Shown: one piece after another, positions 11,801-20,209 of the stretch
How the letters are laid out: each line of letters begins with the position of its first letter
Position numbering within the stretch: position 1 is the stretch's first letter
Source: Chitinophaga pinensis
GTDB lineage: Bacteria > Bacteroidota > Bacteroidia > UKL13-3
Direction: 5' to 3'
DNA length: 64,000 nucleotides
Assembly: GCA_945860865.1 (NCBI GenBank)
Contig: CAMARW010000001.1
Span: forward strand, 336,294-400,293
Position numbers and translations under genes: made by a program
The notes under the pieces: generated by a model
What the model saw: only the letters and a program-made list of their open reading frames with translations
Databases searched by the model: none
Told to the model about the DNA's origin: nothing

Positions 11801-12136
11801 AAAATGGGTGGCGGAAAACAACTAGGCGATTTGCAAAAAATGATGGAAGCCACAGAAAAAGATTTAGTAAACAAGCGCCTAACACAAGAAACTTTGATGC
11901 GTCAACAAGAAATTTTAACTCGTTTACTGGAGCATGAAAAGGCCGAGAAAAAACAAGAAGAGGAAATGAAGCGCGAGGCAACTAAAGGCAAAGAATTACC
12001 CAAACCTGATCCAAAATATTTAGAGAAATTTGAGCGTAAAAATCAAAAAAATACCGACTTACTTCAATCTATTCCGCTAGAGATGCAGCCTTATTATAAG
12101 CAAAAAGCGAAGGAATTTTTGGATGGAAAATTCTAA
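8801..12136 (+). CDS. large membrane-anchored protein with a long Lys/Glu/Gln-rich coiled-coil region; possibly DUF4175-like
   Basis: Uninterrupted 1111-codon ORF. The N-terminus has 3 predicted TM helices. Residues ~200-500 form a mixed beta-rich domain. Residues ~500-1000 are strongly biased K/E/Q heptad-like sequence, and a Gly/Lys/Pro/Ser low-complexity stretch ('GKGKPSKKPGKGSKPS') follows. No catalytic motif is recognisable. Confidence 0.75.
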   Translation: MQAHNHLLVQKLDAFIKKYYKNLLLKGAIIFVGLFVLFFLSITALEYFGRYNSATRAFLFYAFLVISGILLLRFILFPLLQLFKIGKQISHAQAALIIGVHFKEVSDKLMNALQLLAQANESNSLLTAAIQQKTQELSPLPFTAAVNYKKNIKYLRWAIIPVLLLIIILIGSPKLLSEGAKRVIQYNQTFKEPAPFVFEISNDKLEAEQFQDFELAVKVQGNEIPGDVFVHAFNQIYRMEKVDATHFTYTFKNLQQSTPFYLEALGFEDDVRQIVVLNRPIMLSYAVHLDYPAYLQQKDETINNPGDLNIPAGTVVKWQFTGKQTESVRLQFNKFEVKAESKDLVHYQYSRKFFVSDAYAIKLSNSKVNKGDSLFFQISVVPDAFPQISMEEQRDSVTGKILYFGGSASDDQGLSKLTFNYKFLKSADPKKVDRGLVTQNIPIQIGKQINIAHVFNLFEIDLNLEDELSYYFEIWDNDAVYGAKSTQSKPFVLKAPSKQEVKDQSQQDSKALQQKMEEALKESKDLQKELKDVQKKLKSQQPLTFEEKKKLEQLQKRQKDLVQKIEELQQDFKQKNQKEQSFKEEEERILEKQEQLQKMYEEMLTDEMKQLMKKLDDMVKMQNKDQIQKELDKLDVNNKDVEKELDRMLEMYKEMALEKKMEETMKDLKDLAQKQNELAKETEQKTKSNEELLKKQEELNKAFEEVKKDIQEMQKENKQLENPKELPDTKEAEKKIEDKLQQSKDELSKGNNKKSSKSQKEAADEMEQMQEKMQEQTEKEEEEQEEIDEKALREILENVVQLSKDQEDIMEQMKGLVGYNPQFVKMAQEQKIIKDNARMVEDSLLALSKRVPAIQSFVNREVTKLNSHLDQASNSFSTRNEGQIRVQQQYAMTRMNNLGLLLSEALQQMQQQSQEKKESKKSGKGKPSKKPGKGSKPSMSQLKKMQEEMNKQMKDGMNKNGKGESSKPGTEQFARMAAKQMAIRQQMQKMLSQMDALEKEKMGGGKQLGDLQKMMEATEKDLVNKRLTQETLMRQQEILTRLLEHEKAEKKQEEEMKREATKGKELPKPDPKYLEKFERKNQKNTDLLQSIPLEMQPYYKQKAKEFLDGKF

Positions 12137-12154
12137 CTATTATATTTTGCGGAT

Positions 12155-12889
12155 TTAAAATAAATAGCTCACTTTACTTAAAAACAATCCTTGGGCAGGC
12201 ACACTCATTCCTGCTTCACTTCTGTTTTTGCTATCTAATATTTTTTGAAAATCAGCTGCATTTATTTTTCCTTTACCAACTTCTAGCAAAGTACCTACAA
12301 TGGCGCGTACCATATTTCGCAGAAATCGATCAGCTTCAATGGTAAATACCAAGAATCCATCTGCATTTATTTCCCATTGTGCACTTTTTATTTGGCAATT
12401 AAATGTTTTTACATCCGTGTGTAGTTTGCTAAAGCACTCAAAGTCTTGGTGTAAAAGTAGGCGTTTAGCCGCCTCATTCATTTTGTTTACTGCTAATGGT
12501 TTAGTATATAAATAGCTCAAATCTTGCGCAAATGGGTTAGCTTTTAAGCTTATCCAGTATTCATATTGCCTGCTTATGGCACTAAACCGAGCATGCATAT
12601 TTTGGGCTACTTCAAATACTTCATAAACAGATATATCTTTGGGTAATATGGCATTTAATTGTGAGGCTAATTTCTCGCAATCTATTGGTTGATCCAAATC
12701 TAGATGAAGGTAGTATTGTTTGGCATGAACGCCTGTATCTGTTCTCCCACAGCCAACTACAGCAATATTTTCTTTGAGCAAAATGCTTAGTTTGGTTTCA
12801 ATTTCTTCTTGAATGCTCTTTGCATTAGGTTGTTTTTGCCAGCCGTGATAATGCTTGCCAAAGTATGCAAGATGAATAAAATAGCGCAT
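12155..12889 (-). CDS. truA: tRNA pseudouridine(38-40) synthase TruA
   Basis: Catalytic 'GCGRTDTGVHA' motif in a 244-aa protein. Confidence 0.9.
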   Translation of the reverse strand: MRYFIHLAYFGKHYHGWQKQPNAKSIQEEIETKLSILLKENIAVVGCGRTDTGVHAKQYYLHLDLDQPIDCEKLASQLNAILPKDISVYEVFEVAQNMHARFSAISRQYEYWISLKANPFAQDLSYLYTKPLAVNKMNEAAKRLLLHQDFECFSKLHTDVKTFNCQIKSAQWEINADGFLVFTIEADRFLRNMVRAIVGTLLEVGKGKINAADFQKILDSKNRSEAGMSVPAQGLFLSKVSYLF

Positions 12890-12891
12890 AT

Positions 12892-13632
12892 TTAACCAAT
12901 GGAAATAATGGCGTCGTATGATTTTTGAGCAGCCATCTGTTCTGCTTTTTTCTTAGATGTATGTTGTGCTTCGCCTTTTAGTTCGCCATTGTATTTAACG
13001 CTAATCTTATAAATTCTGTTTTTACCATCTGGAATTTCTTCCACTTCAAAATCTATTATCTTGTTGTTTTTCTGCGCAAATTCAATGAGTCTTCCTTTAT
13101 AATTGGTTTCAGTAGTTTGTAATTTATCTACATCAATATGAAAGCGAAGCAGGTTGTCTACAATAAATTTTTTACATCCTTCAAATCCGGCATCTAAAAA
13201 AATGGCGCCTAAAAATGCCTCCAGAGCATTTCCAAAAATGCTATTGCGCAAAGAAATATTTTGGAGCGCTTTTCTGTCGTAGGAAACTATTTGGTTCAGG
13301 TTAATTTTAATAGCCAAGTCATTTAGACTTTCTCTACTCACAATTTTAGAACGCAATTGGGTTAAAAAACCCTCATCTTTAAACGGATATTTTAAAAACA
13401 GAAACTCTGCTACAATTGCGTTTAGCATGGCATCTCCCAAAAATTCTAAACGCTCATTACTATCTTTTGAGCCAGAGGAGTGTATGGTTTTAGAAACAGA
13501 ATGGTGTCGTAAAGCTTGTTCGTATGGCTTTAATCTTTTGGGTGTAAAACCAGTAATATTTTTGATTTTTTCTGCTAAATCGCGTTGTTCGGCCGTTCTT
13601 GACCTTAAAAAAGAAAGCAAGTAACTTAACAA
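12892..13632 (-). CDS. rnc: ribonuclease III
   Basis: RNase III signature 'ERLEFLGDAML' followed by a C-terminal dsRBD-like region. Confidence 0.9.
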   Translation of the reverse strand: MLSYLLSFLRSRTAEQRDLAEKIKNITGFTPKRLKPYEQALRHHSVSKTIHSSGSKDSNERLEFLGDAMLNAIVAEFLFLKYPFKDEGFLTQLRSKIVSRESLNDLAIKINLNQIVSYDRKALQNISLRNSIFGNALEAFLGAIFLDAGFEGCKKFIVDNLLRFHIDVDKLQTTETNYKGRLIEFAQKNNKIIDFEVEEIPDGKNRIYKISVKYNGELKGEAQHTSKKKAEQMAAQKSYDAIISIG

Positions 13633-13635
13633 AAT

Positions 13636-14886
13636 TTAGGGTTCAAATCTTTTTACAATTACCGAGGCGTTGTGTCCACCAAAGCCAAAAGTATTGCTAA
13701 TAGCCGCATTTACTGTTCTGTGTTGGGCTTCGTTAAATGTTAAATTTAAGCGTGTGTCAAAAGCAGGATCGTCTGTAGAATGGTTAATAGTTGGTGGAAT
13801 TATTCCTTTGTGAATAGCCATAATACAAGCAATTGTTTCAACAGCTCCTGCACCACCAAGCAAATGACCTGTCATAGATTTGGTAGAGCTGATATTCATT
13901 TTAAAGGCATGTTCTCCAAAAACAGAGAGAATAGCTTTAATTTCTTGTGGGTCTCCTAGTGGAGTGGAAGTTCCGTGTACATTAACATAATCAATGTCTT
14001 CTGGTTTCATGCCTGCATCTTCCAAGGCATATTTCATTACGTTTATAGCTCCTAAACCCTCTGGGTGTGGGGCTGTCATGTGGTAGGCATCAGCAGATAG
14101 GCCACAACCCATAACTTCGCAATAAATTTTAGCTCCACGCGCTTTGGCATGCTCGTATTCTTCCAAAATTAGTGCGCCAGCGCCCTCGCCTAAAACAAAT
14201 CCATCTCTATTTAAATCAAACGGACGAGAAGCGGTAGCAGGATCATCATTACGCTCACTCAATGCTTTCATAGCATTAAAGCCACCAATAGCGGCTTCGT
14301 TTACGCAAGCTTCTGAGCCTCCAGTTACTATTATGTCTGCCTTATTTAAACGAATGTAATTGAAAGCGTCTGCTATTGCATTGGTAGAAGAAGCACATGC
14401 TGCTACAGTAACAAAATTAGGTCCTCTATAGCCGTGGCGTATAGAGATTAAACCCGCAGAAATATCCCCAATCATCATGGGAATAAAGAACGGACTAAAT
14501 CTTGGGGTTCCATCTCCTTTGGCAAAGGCCGTAACCTCATTCAAAAAAGTGTGTAAACCACCAATACCAGTGCCCCAAATAACGCCTATCCTGTCTTTAT
14601 CAAGTTGGTCGTTTAAACCCGCATCTTTAATTGCTTCGTCAGAAGTAACGATAGCAAACTGCGTGAAGCGGTCCATTCTACGGGCCTCTTTTTTGTCGAT
14701 AAATTGGGTTGCATCAAAATTTTTGACCTCACAAGAGAAGCGCGTTTTGAACTTGGAAGTATCAAATTGGGTAGTGAGCGCTGCACCACTAACCCCATTT
14801 GATAATCCATTCCAATACTCCTCTAAAGTGTTTCCAATGGGTGTTAATGCACCTAGTCCTGTAACAACAACTCTGCGGGTTGGCAT
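13636..14886 (-). CDS. fabF: beta-ketoacyl-ACP synthase II
   Basis: 'RRVVVTGLG' at the N-terminus, active-site Cys context 'ACASS', and His-His motifs ('HGTSTPLGD', 'GHLLGGAG'). 416 aa. Confidence 0.95.
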   Translation of the reverse strand: MPTRRVVVTGLGALTPIGNTLEEYWNGLSNGVSGAALTTQFDTSKFKTRFSCEVKNFDATQFIDKKEARRMDRFTQFAIVTSDEAIKDAGLNDQLDKDRIGVIWGTGIGGLHTFLNEVTAFAKGDGTPRFSPFFIPMMIGDISAGLISIRHGYRGPNFVTVAACASSTNAIADAFNYIRLNKADIIVTGGSEACVNEAAIGGFNAMKALSERNDDPATASRPFDLNRDGFVLGEGAGALILEEYEHAKARGAKIYCEVMGCGLSADAYHMTAPHPEGLGAINVMKYALEDAGMKPEDIDYVNVHGTSTPLGDPQEIKAILSVFGEHAFKMNISSTKSMTGHLLGGAGAVETIACIMAIHKGIIPPTINHSTDDPAFDTRLNLTFNEAQHRTVNAAISNTFGFGGHNASVIVKRFEP

Positions 14887-14915
14887 AAAGTAAATAGTTA
14901 ATTAATGTGCGTTAA

Positions 14916-15155
14916 TTAGCTTTTTACGTTTTGCTCAATGTAGGAAATTGCTTGTCCAACAGTTCCAATCTTTTCAGCTTGGTCATCTGGAATAGCAATG
15001 TTGAACTCTTTTTCAAATTCCATGATTAACTCAACGGTATCCAATGAATCGGCACCTAAATCGTTTGTAAAACTAGCTTCGTCGTTGATTTCACTTTCTT
15101 CAACTCCAAGCTTGTCCATAATAATGGTCTTTACTCTTCCTTTAATATCTGACAT
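14916..15155 (-). CDS. acpP: acyl carrier protein
   Basis: Phosphopantetheine attachment motif '[12 protein letters not shown]' in a 79-aa protein, sitting directly upstream (in transcription order) of fabF. Confidence 0.95.
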   Translation of the reverse strand: MSDIKGRVKTIIMDKLGVEESEINDEASFTNDLGADSLDTVELIMEFEKEFNIAIPDDQAEKIGTVGQAISYIEQNVKS

Positions 15156-15312
15156 TTTCTTAAGGTTTAATAGGTTGCAAATAAACTACTTTTTAGAATT
15201 AAAATGCAAGTTTTCGTTTTGATTATTATTTTATCTCCTATTTTTTTCTTTTTTTAAGTTAATTTAGTACTAAATCAGCCTTTTTAATTTATAATTCGTT
15301 TAATTTGTAATA

Positions 15313-15732
15313 TTGAAAAAGCTACAATTAGAGGTTGAGGAGGATTTGTCCTTTTTGCTTTTTGGTTTGGTTTCGAATCATAAAGCAAGTAAATTATTAT
15401 TTTTCCTGAACCAAATTGAATCGATGAATTTTGAGCGTGTGGCAGATTTGGATTTGCCAGATTACAACCCAAATTCTGAAATTAGCTTTTCTAAATTTGC
15501 CCATTTTGATGAAGAGAACCATCTAGATTTCTATTTGCTTGCCAATAAGGAATTCGGATTGTGTTTGTTTAATGAACTGAAGCAATTTGATTATTTGTTA
15601 ATTGTAAGAGGGGGTACAGAATTTTTTGATGATAAAAAGTTTTCTCGTTCTTGCATGCAATTAAATGGTATACAGTTTATCGCATCAATAACAAACCCTA
15701 AGTTACTTTCTAAAATTAGTTGGATTATTTAA
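15313..15732 (+). CDS. hypothetical protein, possibly IPExxxVDY family
   Basis: 139-aa ORF that lies between acpP and pyk in conserved Bacteroidetes synteny. The family name is recalled from memory and was not checked against a profile. Confidence 0.5.
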   Translation: MKKLQLEVEEDLSFLLFGLVSNHKASKLLFFLNQIESMNFERVADLDLPDYNPNSEISFSKFAHFDEENHLDFYLLANKEFGLCLFNELKQFDYLLIVRGGTEFFDDKKFSRSCMQLNGIQFIASITNPKLLSKISWII

Positions 15733-15737
15733 AATAC

Positions 15738-17174
15738 ATGAGTGATATAAAATTTAACCGAACCAAAATAATTGCCACTATCGGTCCGGCAACCAGTAGC
15801 TACGAAAATTTGAAATTTATTATCCAAGAAGGGGTAGACGTTTGTAGACTCAATTTCTCACATGGATCTTATGATGATCACTTGGTTGTGATTAACAATA
15901 TCAATAAAATTAATGAGGAGTTGGGAACGCATGTTTGTATGTTGCTCGATTTGCAAGGACCAAAATTGCGCATTGGGGAGGTAGAAAACGGCAAAATAGA
16001 ACTTATTACCGGTTCTGAGCTTTTAGTTACAACTGAAAAATGTATCGGTAACCCTCATCAAATTTATGTAAATTTTGATAGTTTGGCTCAAGATATTAAT
16101 AAGGGTGAGCGCATTTTACTTGATGATGGCAAATTAGAACTTGAGGTGCTTGAAACTAATAAGAAAAATTTAGTTAAAACACGAGTTTTAGCGGGTGGTA
16201 TGCTTTCAAACAAAAAAGGATTTAACCTGCCTGATACTAAAATGTCTATTCCAAGCATGACACAAAAGGACTTAGATGATTTGAAGTTTGGTTTGCAACA
16301 CAAGGTAGAATGGGTTGCCCTCAGTTTTGTTCGCTCGGCAGAGGATGTAATATTTATTAAAAATATAATCGAATTAAATGAGTGGAAAGCGCGCGTTATT
16401 GCCAAAGTAGAAAAACCTGAAGCCATTCTAAATATCGATAGTATTGTGCAGGTTTCGGATGGTATTATGGTGGCTCGTGGCGATTTAGGTGTAGAAATGC
16501 CTATGGAGCAAGTGCCTGTTTTGCAAAAACTCATTGTTAAAAAATGTATTGAAGCCTCCAAACCGGTTATCATTGCTACGCAAATGATGGAAAGCATGAT
16601 CAGTAGCCCTGTGCCTACCCGCGCAGAGGTGAATGATGTTGCTAATGCCGTTATGGATGGTGCCGATGCGGTAATGCTAAGTGCTGAAACTTCTGTTGGC
16701 GCTTTTCCAAATTTGTGTGTAAGGGCTATGCAAAAAACCATCGCACATGTTGAGCAACAAACCAATGCTCCTTATTTTAAAGGGAAACGCCCCGACGAGA
16801 ATTCACCCACTTTTATTTCAGATGAAATCTTGTTTACTTCTGTACGCATCTCAGATCACTTGAAAGCTGCAGCAGTAGTAGGTATGACATTCTCTGGTTA
16901 TTCTGCCTATCGTTTGTCATCGTACCGACCTAAAGCACCTATTTTCATTTTTACAACCAATCCACGTTTATTAAAAACTTTGAGTTTGGTTTGGGGTGTA
17001 CGTGGGTTTTTATACCGTGGTTTTGAAAGTACCGACCAATCTATAGGAGATATCAATGATTCTTTAAAAGAAATGGGTTATGTGAAAACGGGTGATGTAG
17101 TAATTAATACCGCCAGTATGCCCATTACCGATAGGTCTAGAACCAATGCAGTTAAAATAAGTGAAATCAAATAA
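15738..17174 (+). CDS. pyk: pyruvate kinase
   Basis: 'KIIATIGPATSS' at the N-terminus, 'MVARGDLG' and 'ATQMMESM' motifs. The ORF track begins at a TTG at 15720, but the first ATG (15738, 'MSDIKFNRTK') fits typical pyruvate kinase N-termini better. Confidence 0.9.
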   Translation: MSDIKFNRTKIIATIGPATSSYENLKFIIQEGVDVCRLNFSHGSYDDHLVVINNINKINEELGTHVCMLLDLQGPKLRIGEVENGKIELITGSELLVTTEKCIGNPHQIYVNFDSLAQDINKGERILLDDGKLELEVLETNKKNLVKTRVLAGGMLSNKKGFNLPDTKMSIPSMTQKDLDDLKFGLQHKVEWVALSFVRSAEDVIFIKNIIELNEWKARVIAKVEKPEAILNIDSIVQVSDGIMVARGDLGVEMPMEQVPVLQKLIVKKCIEASKPVIIATQMMESMISSPVPTRAEVNDVANAVMDGADAVMLSAETSVGAFPNLCVRAMQKTIAHVEQQTNAPYFKGKRPDENSPTFISDEILFTSVRISDHLKAAAVVGMTFSGYSAYRLSSYRPKAPIFIFTTNPRLLKTLSLVWGVRGFLYRGFESTDQSIGDINDSLKEMGYVKTGDVVINTASMPITDRSRTNAVKISEIK

Positions 17175-17200
17175 TTTTGACCCAATTTTAATTCTTATCT

Positions 17201-17590
17201 ATGAAAAAACTTGCTTATTTATCGTTGTTATTGCCCCTTCTGTTTGCAGCTTGTAACCAATCAGATAATGTAACACCAGAGAAAGAAGCTGCCGATATAA
17301 TCCTCAAAGATAGCTCAGATTTTAACGGTCGCTTGTTTGTTTATACTTACGATTTTAATACCAACAATCGTTTATCTGCCGACGTTTATATATATACGCA
17401 ATACGAAGACATCAGTAGAAATTTGTTTTTGTATTATAAACGAACTCAAAATACAGATGCAGAAGCTGATTTTGGATTTTTGTTGCAAGGTAATTATTAC
17501 ATAGTTGCTAGAACTTTTAGTAAATCGGATACAAGTTTAGTGCAAGTGCTTAGCAAAAGAGAAATACGTAGAAATGTATATTTAAAATGA
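17201..17590 (+). CDS. hypothetical lipoprotein
   Basis: Signal peptide with lipobox 'LLFAAC' in a 129-aa protein. The stop overlaps the next ORF start (ATGA). Confidence 0.55.
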   Translation: MKKLAYLSLLLPLLFAACNQSDNVTPEKEAADIILKDSSDFNGRLFVYTYDFNTNNRLSADVYIYTQYEDISRNLFLYYKRTQNTDAEADFGFLLQGNYYIVARTFSKSDTSLVQVLSKREIRRNVYLK

Positions 17591-18096
17591 GTGTTGATTT
17601 AATAGAAAATAAAGTTGTAAACTCGGGTTTAATCACTTTAAATTTAGAAGATTTTTTGCCAACTACTCCCTTAATAGAGTTGGATATAAAGCCTTGGTTG
17701 TTTAAAGAACTTATTTTACAAGAGAAACCTTTTAGAGAGCATATTAAAGCTTTTGATTGGTCTGTTTACAAAGATAAAATTGTTGTGTTTACTTGTTCTG
17801 CAGATGCCATTGTGCCTGTTTGGGCCTATATGCTATTGGGTGTGGCAGTGCATCCATTTGCCAAAAGATTCTTTTTTGGTTCGAACCAAATTGCGGAAGA
17901 AATATTGTGCTTTGAAGCAATAAATGAGGTGGATTTTTCGCAATATAAAGATGTTCGTATGATTGTGAAAGGATGCGGCGAGAAGCCAATTCCAACTCAG
18001 GCATATGTGGCTATTATGAGCAAATTACTTCCCTTTGCTAAAAGTGTTATGTATGGCGAAGCATGCAGTAATGTGCCTGTGTTTAAAAGAAAATAA
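17587..18096 (+). CDS. DUF2480-like hypothetical protein
   Basis: 169-aa protein conserved in Bacteroidetes next to a TrpF-like gene. The family assignment is from memory of the sequence pattern, not a search. Confidence 0.5.
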   Translation: MSVDLIENKVVNSGLITLNLEDFLPTTPLIELDIKPWLFKELILQEKPFREHIKAFDWSVYKDKIVVFTCSADAIVPVWAYMLLGVAVHPFAKRFFFGSNQIAEEILCFEAINEVDFSQYKDVRMIVKGCGEKPIPTQAYVAIMSKLLPFAKSVMYGEACSNVPVFKRK

Positions 18097-18102
18097 TTTG
18101 TT

Positions 18103-18714
18103 ATGAGTAGTTATATTACCAAGATACTTTATAGTCCAATTACCCACCTAGCCGATGCCCGTTTTGCCGCCGCTGCTGGTATAGAATACTTGGGTTTTTG
18201 TTTAAATCCGTCTCATCCAAACTTTATTTTGCCAATTAAAGCCAAAGAAATTTTAGACTGGATAAGCGGCTCTCATGCGGTAGCTTATTTTGGCGAGCAA
18301 TCTGTTGAAGAGATTATAGCTTTAAGCGAGTTGCTAAATATGGATATTGTGGCATTAGAAAATAATTTACTCCCAGATGAATTGCCCAGTATTGGAAAAC
18401 CAATTATTAAGGTAATTGATATTACCGGGAAAGACACAATTTATTTACACAATGAGTTTGCTGCTTACCACAATTATGCAGATGCATTTGAATTAAAGGG
18501 TAGTTTTAATGAAAATGTAAGCATAGAATTTGTAAAAGGTATCTGCGCTCAATACAAGGTTTTTTTGAGTGTTGATTTCAAGGATTTACCTGTAAGAGAA
18601 ACACTACTTTATTTGCAGCCTTATGCTTTTATGTTAGAAACCGGAGAAGAAGAAAAAACAGGATTAAAAGAATATGATGAATTAAACGAATTCTTAGAAA
18701 AACTGAAACTATAG
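18103..18714 (+). CDS. phosphoribosylanthranilate isomerase (TrpF)-like protein
   Basis: 'ITHLADARFAAAAGIEYLGFCL' resembles the TrpF N-terminal 'ITrxEDAxxAxxAGADxLGFvF' motif. It is not located in a trp operon and is divergent from canonical TrpF. Confidence 0.5.
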   Translation: MSSYITKILYSPITHLADARFAAAAGIEYLGFCLNPSHPNFILPIKAKEILDWISGSHAVAYFGEQSVEEIIALSELLNMDIVALENNLLPDELPSIGKPIIKVIDITGKDTIYLHNEFAAYHNYADAFELKGSFNENVSIEFVKGICAQYKVFLSVDFKDLPVRETLLYLQPYAFMLETGEEEKTGLKEYDELNEFLEKLKL

Positions 18715-18717
18715 AAT

Positions 18718-20001
18718 TTAGATTTCTTTTTTTACTATTTCGATAAATCGTTCAATTTCATTGGTGTTGTTGTAAATATGTGTAGAAATTCTAACACAAT
18801 TTATCTCATTTTCTGCAACCATTCTAATTCTAATTTTTTGCTCTGCACACTTGGCATAAAATTTAGAGAAATCAAATCCTTTTATCCTAAACCCATTAAT
18901 GGCACAACGCGAGTTTTGTTCTGTTGGCGTTAGCATTTCTATTTTATCGCCCAGGGCCATCAAATTATCTTGGGTATATTTTCCGAGGTAATTTATTCTA
19001 TTGTAAATGTTTTCCATGCCAATATTATCTATAAAAGCAATGGCCGCATCTACACCTTTGTATAAACCTAAACCTTGGGTGCCGCCATAATATCGGTGTG
19101 CATTATTGGCATATGCGCCGCTTTTAATGGGATCTGTGGCCATATTCCATTTGCCATTATCGCTACCTCCGCCCACAAAATAGGTTTGCAATGTTTCTTG
19201 AAAATCTTTTCGTATATATAAAAAACCGGTTCCTTTTGGACCCAACATCCATTTATGGCAACAAGATGCATATGCATCGCAGCCCATTTGGTGCAAATCT
19301 AGTAGTAACATTCCCGGACCATGCGCGCCATCTATTAAAGAGAAAATGCCCTTTTCTTTAGCCCAAGCACAAATTTCTTTAACAGGTAATATTTGTCCAA
19401 TTGTGCAAGGTATATGAGGCACAGCAATGGCCTTTGTTTTTTTTGTGTAGAGTGCTTGTATTCTTTCTAACGTTTCTGCTGCGGTAGACGCGGGAGTAAA
19501 AACCTTTATTTTTATACCATGTAATTTTTGTCGGTTCAGCCAAGGAAATGCATTGCCTACATGCTCATGTGTAGTTAAAATAACTTCATCTCCTTTCTTT
19601 AAAGGGATGCCCCAACAAGCTATATTTATACCATCTGTAACATTATGAGTGAGGGCAATTTCATCTTCATTGGCACCCACAAATTGCGCAATTTTGGCAT
19701 GTGTATTTTCCCAACCTCCGTAATTACCATAAACATCTCCCTCCATCATGCCTTTGTGAACAGCCTCTATAACGGGGTAAGGAGAGGGGCCCATGGTCCC
19801 ATTGTTTAAATAGGCCCAATCTTTTTGAAGCGGAAATTGCTGCCTAACTAATGTCCAGTATTTCTCGTTTTGTGGGTCTATTTTATCATCTTGTTTGGGT
19901 AGGGTTATGGCTGGTAATTCGTTAAAAACAGAAGGTATGGTAAGGGCTCCTAACAAGCCTAAACTGCTCTGCTTCAAAAACGATCTTCTTGCATCTTTCA
20001 T
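18718..20001 (-). CDS. aminotransferase class V-fold PLP-dependent enzyme with a twin-arginine (Tat) signal peptide
   Basis: N-terminal 'MKDARRSFLKQSSLGLLGAL' (RRxFLK Tat motif). The mature domain resembles cysteine desulfurase / isopenicillin-N epimerase and has a conserved Lys context 'SCCHKWMLGPKG'. Confidence 0.75.
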   Translation of the reverse strand: MKDARRSFLKQSSLGLLGALTIPSVFNELPAITLPKQDDKIDPQNEKYWTLVRQQFPLQKDWAYLNNGTMGPSPYPVIEAVHKGMMEGDVYGNYGGWENTHAKIAQFVGANEDEIALTHNVTDGINIACWGIPLKKGDEVILTTHEHVGNAFPWLNRQKLHGIKIKVFTPASTAAETLERIQALYTKKTKAIAVPHIPCTIGQILPVKEICAWAKEKGIFSLIDGAHGPGMLLLDLHQMGCDAYASCCHKWMLGPKGTGFLYIRKDFQETLQTYFVGGGSDNGKWNMATDPIKSGAYANNAHRYYGGTQGLGLYKGVDAAIAFIDNIGMENIYNRINYLGKYTQDNLMALGDKIEMLTPTEQNSRCAINGFRIKGFDFSKFYAKCAEQKIRIRMVAENEINCVRISTHIYNNTNEIERFIEIVKKEI

Positions 20002-20209
20002 AATTTAAATTTTATACAAGGTAAAAAAGTTTTTGAAAAAACAAGTTGAATAAGTAAATCAATTAATTTTTTGGCAAAGCCTAAAATGAGTTGTCTGTTT
20101 AGAAAACAAACCTGTGCAACAATTAAAACTCAAACTGAAATTGATTTGGTGGGCATTCTTTTACGAGTAAATTTGTTCTTCCAATAATTTTTATACTTTT
20201 AAAGAAATT

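Noticed and set aside
10486-11981. Five antisense ORFs (61-93 aa) on the minus strand inside the 8801-12136 gene
   Set aside because: They arise from reading the AAG/GAA-rich coiled-coil codons in reverse, giving Phe/Leu/Ser/Cys-rich nonsense. They lie entirely within a long, well-behaved sense ORF and none has a start or RBS context.
14477-14893. 138-aa plus-strand ORF inside fabF
   Set aside because: It is antisense to the beta-ketoacyl-ACP synthase II gene and has no family resemblance.
16088-16765. 225-aa minus-strand ORF inside pyk
   Set aside because: It is fully antisense to the pyruvate kinase gene, whose motifs are unambiguous. Its composition is Ser/Thr/Cys-rich, with no recognisable family.
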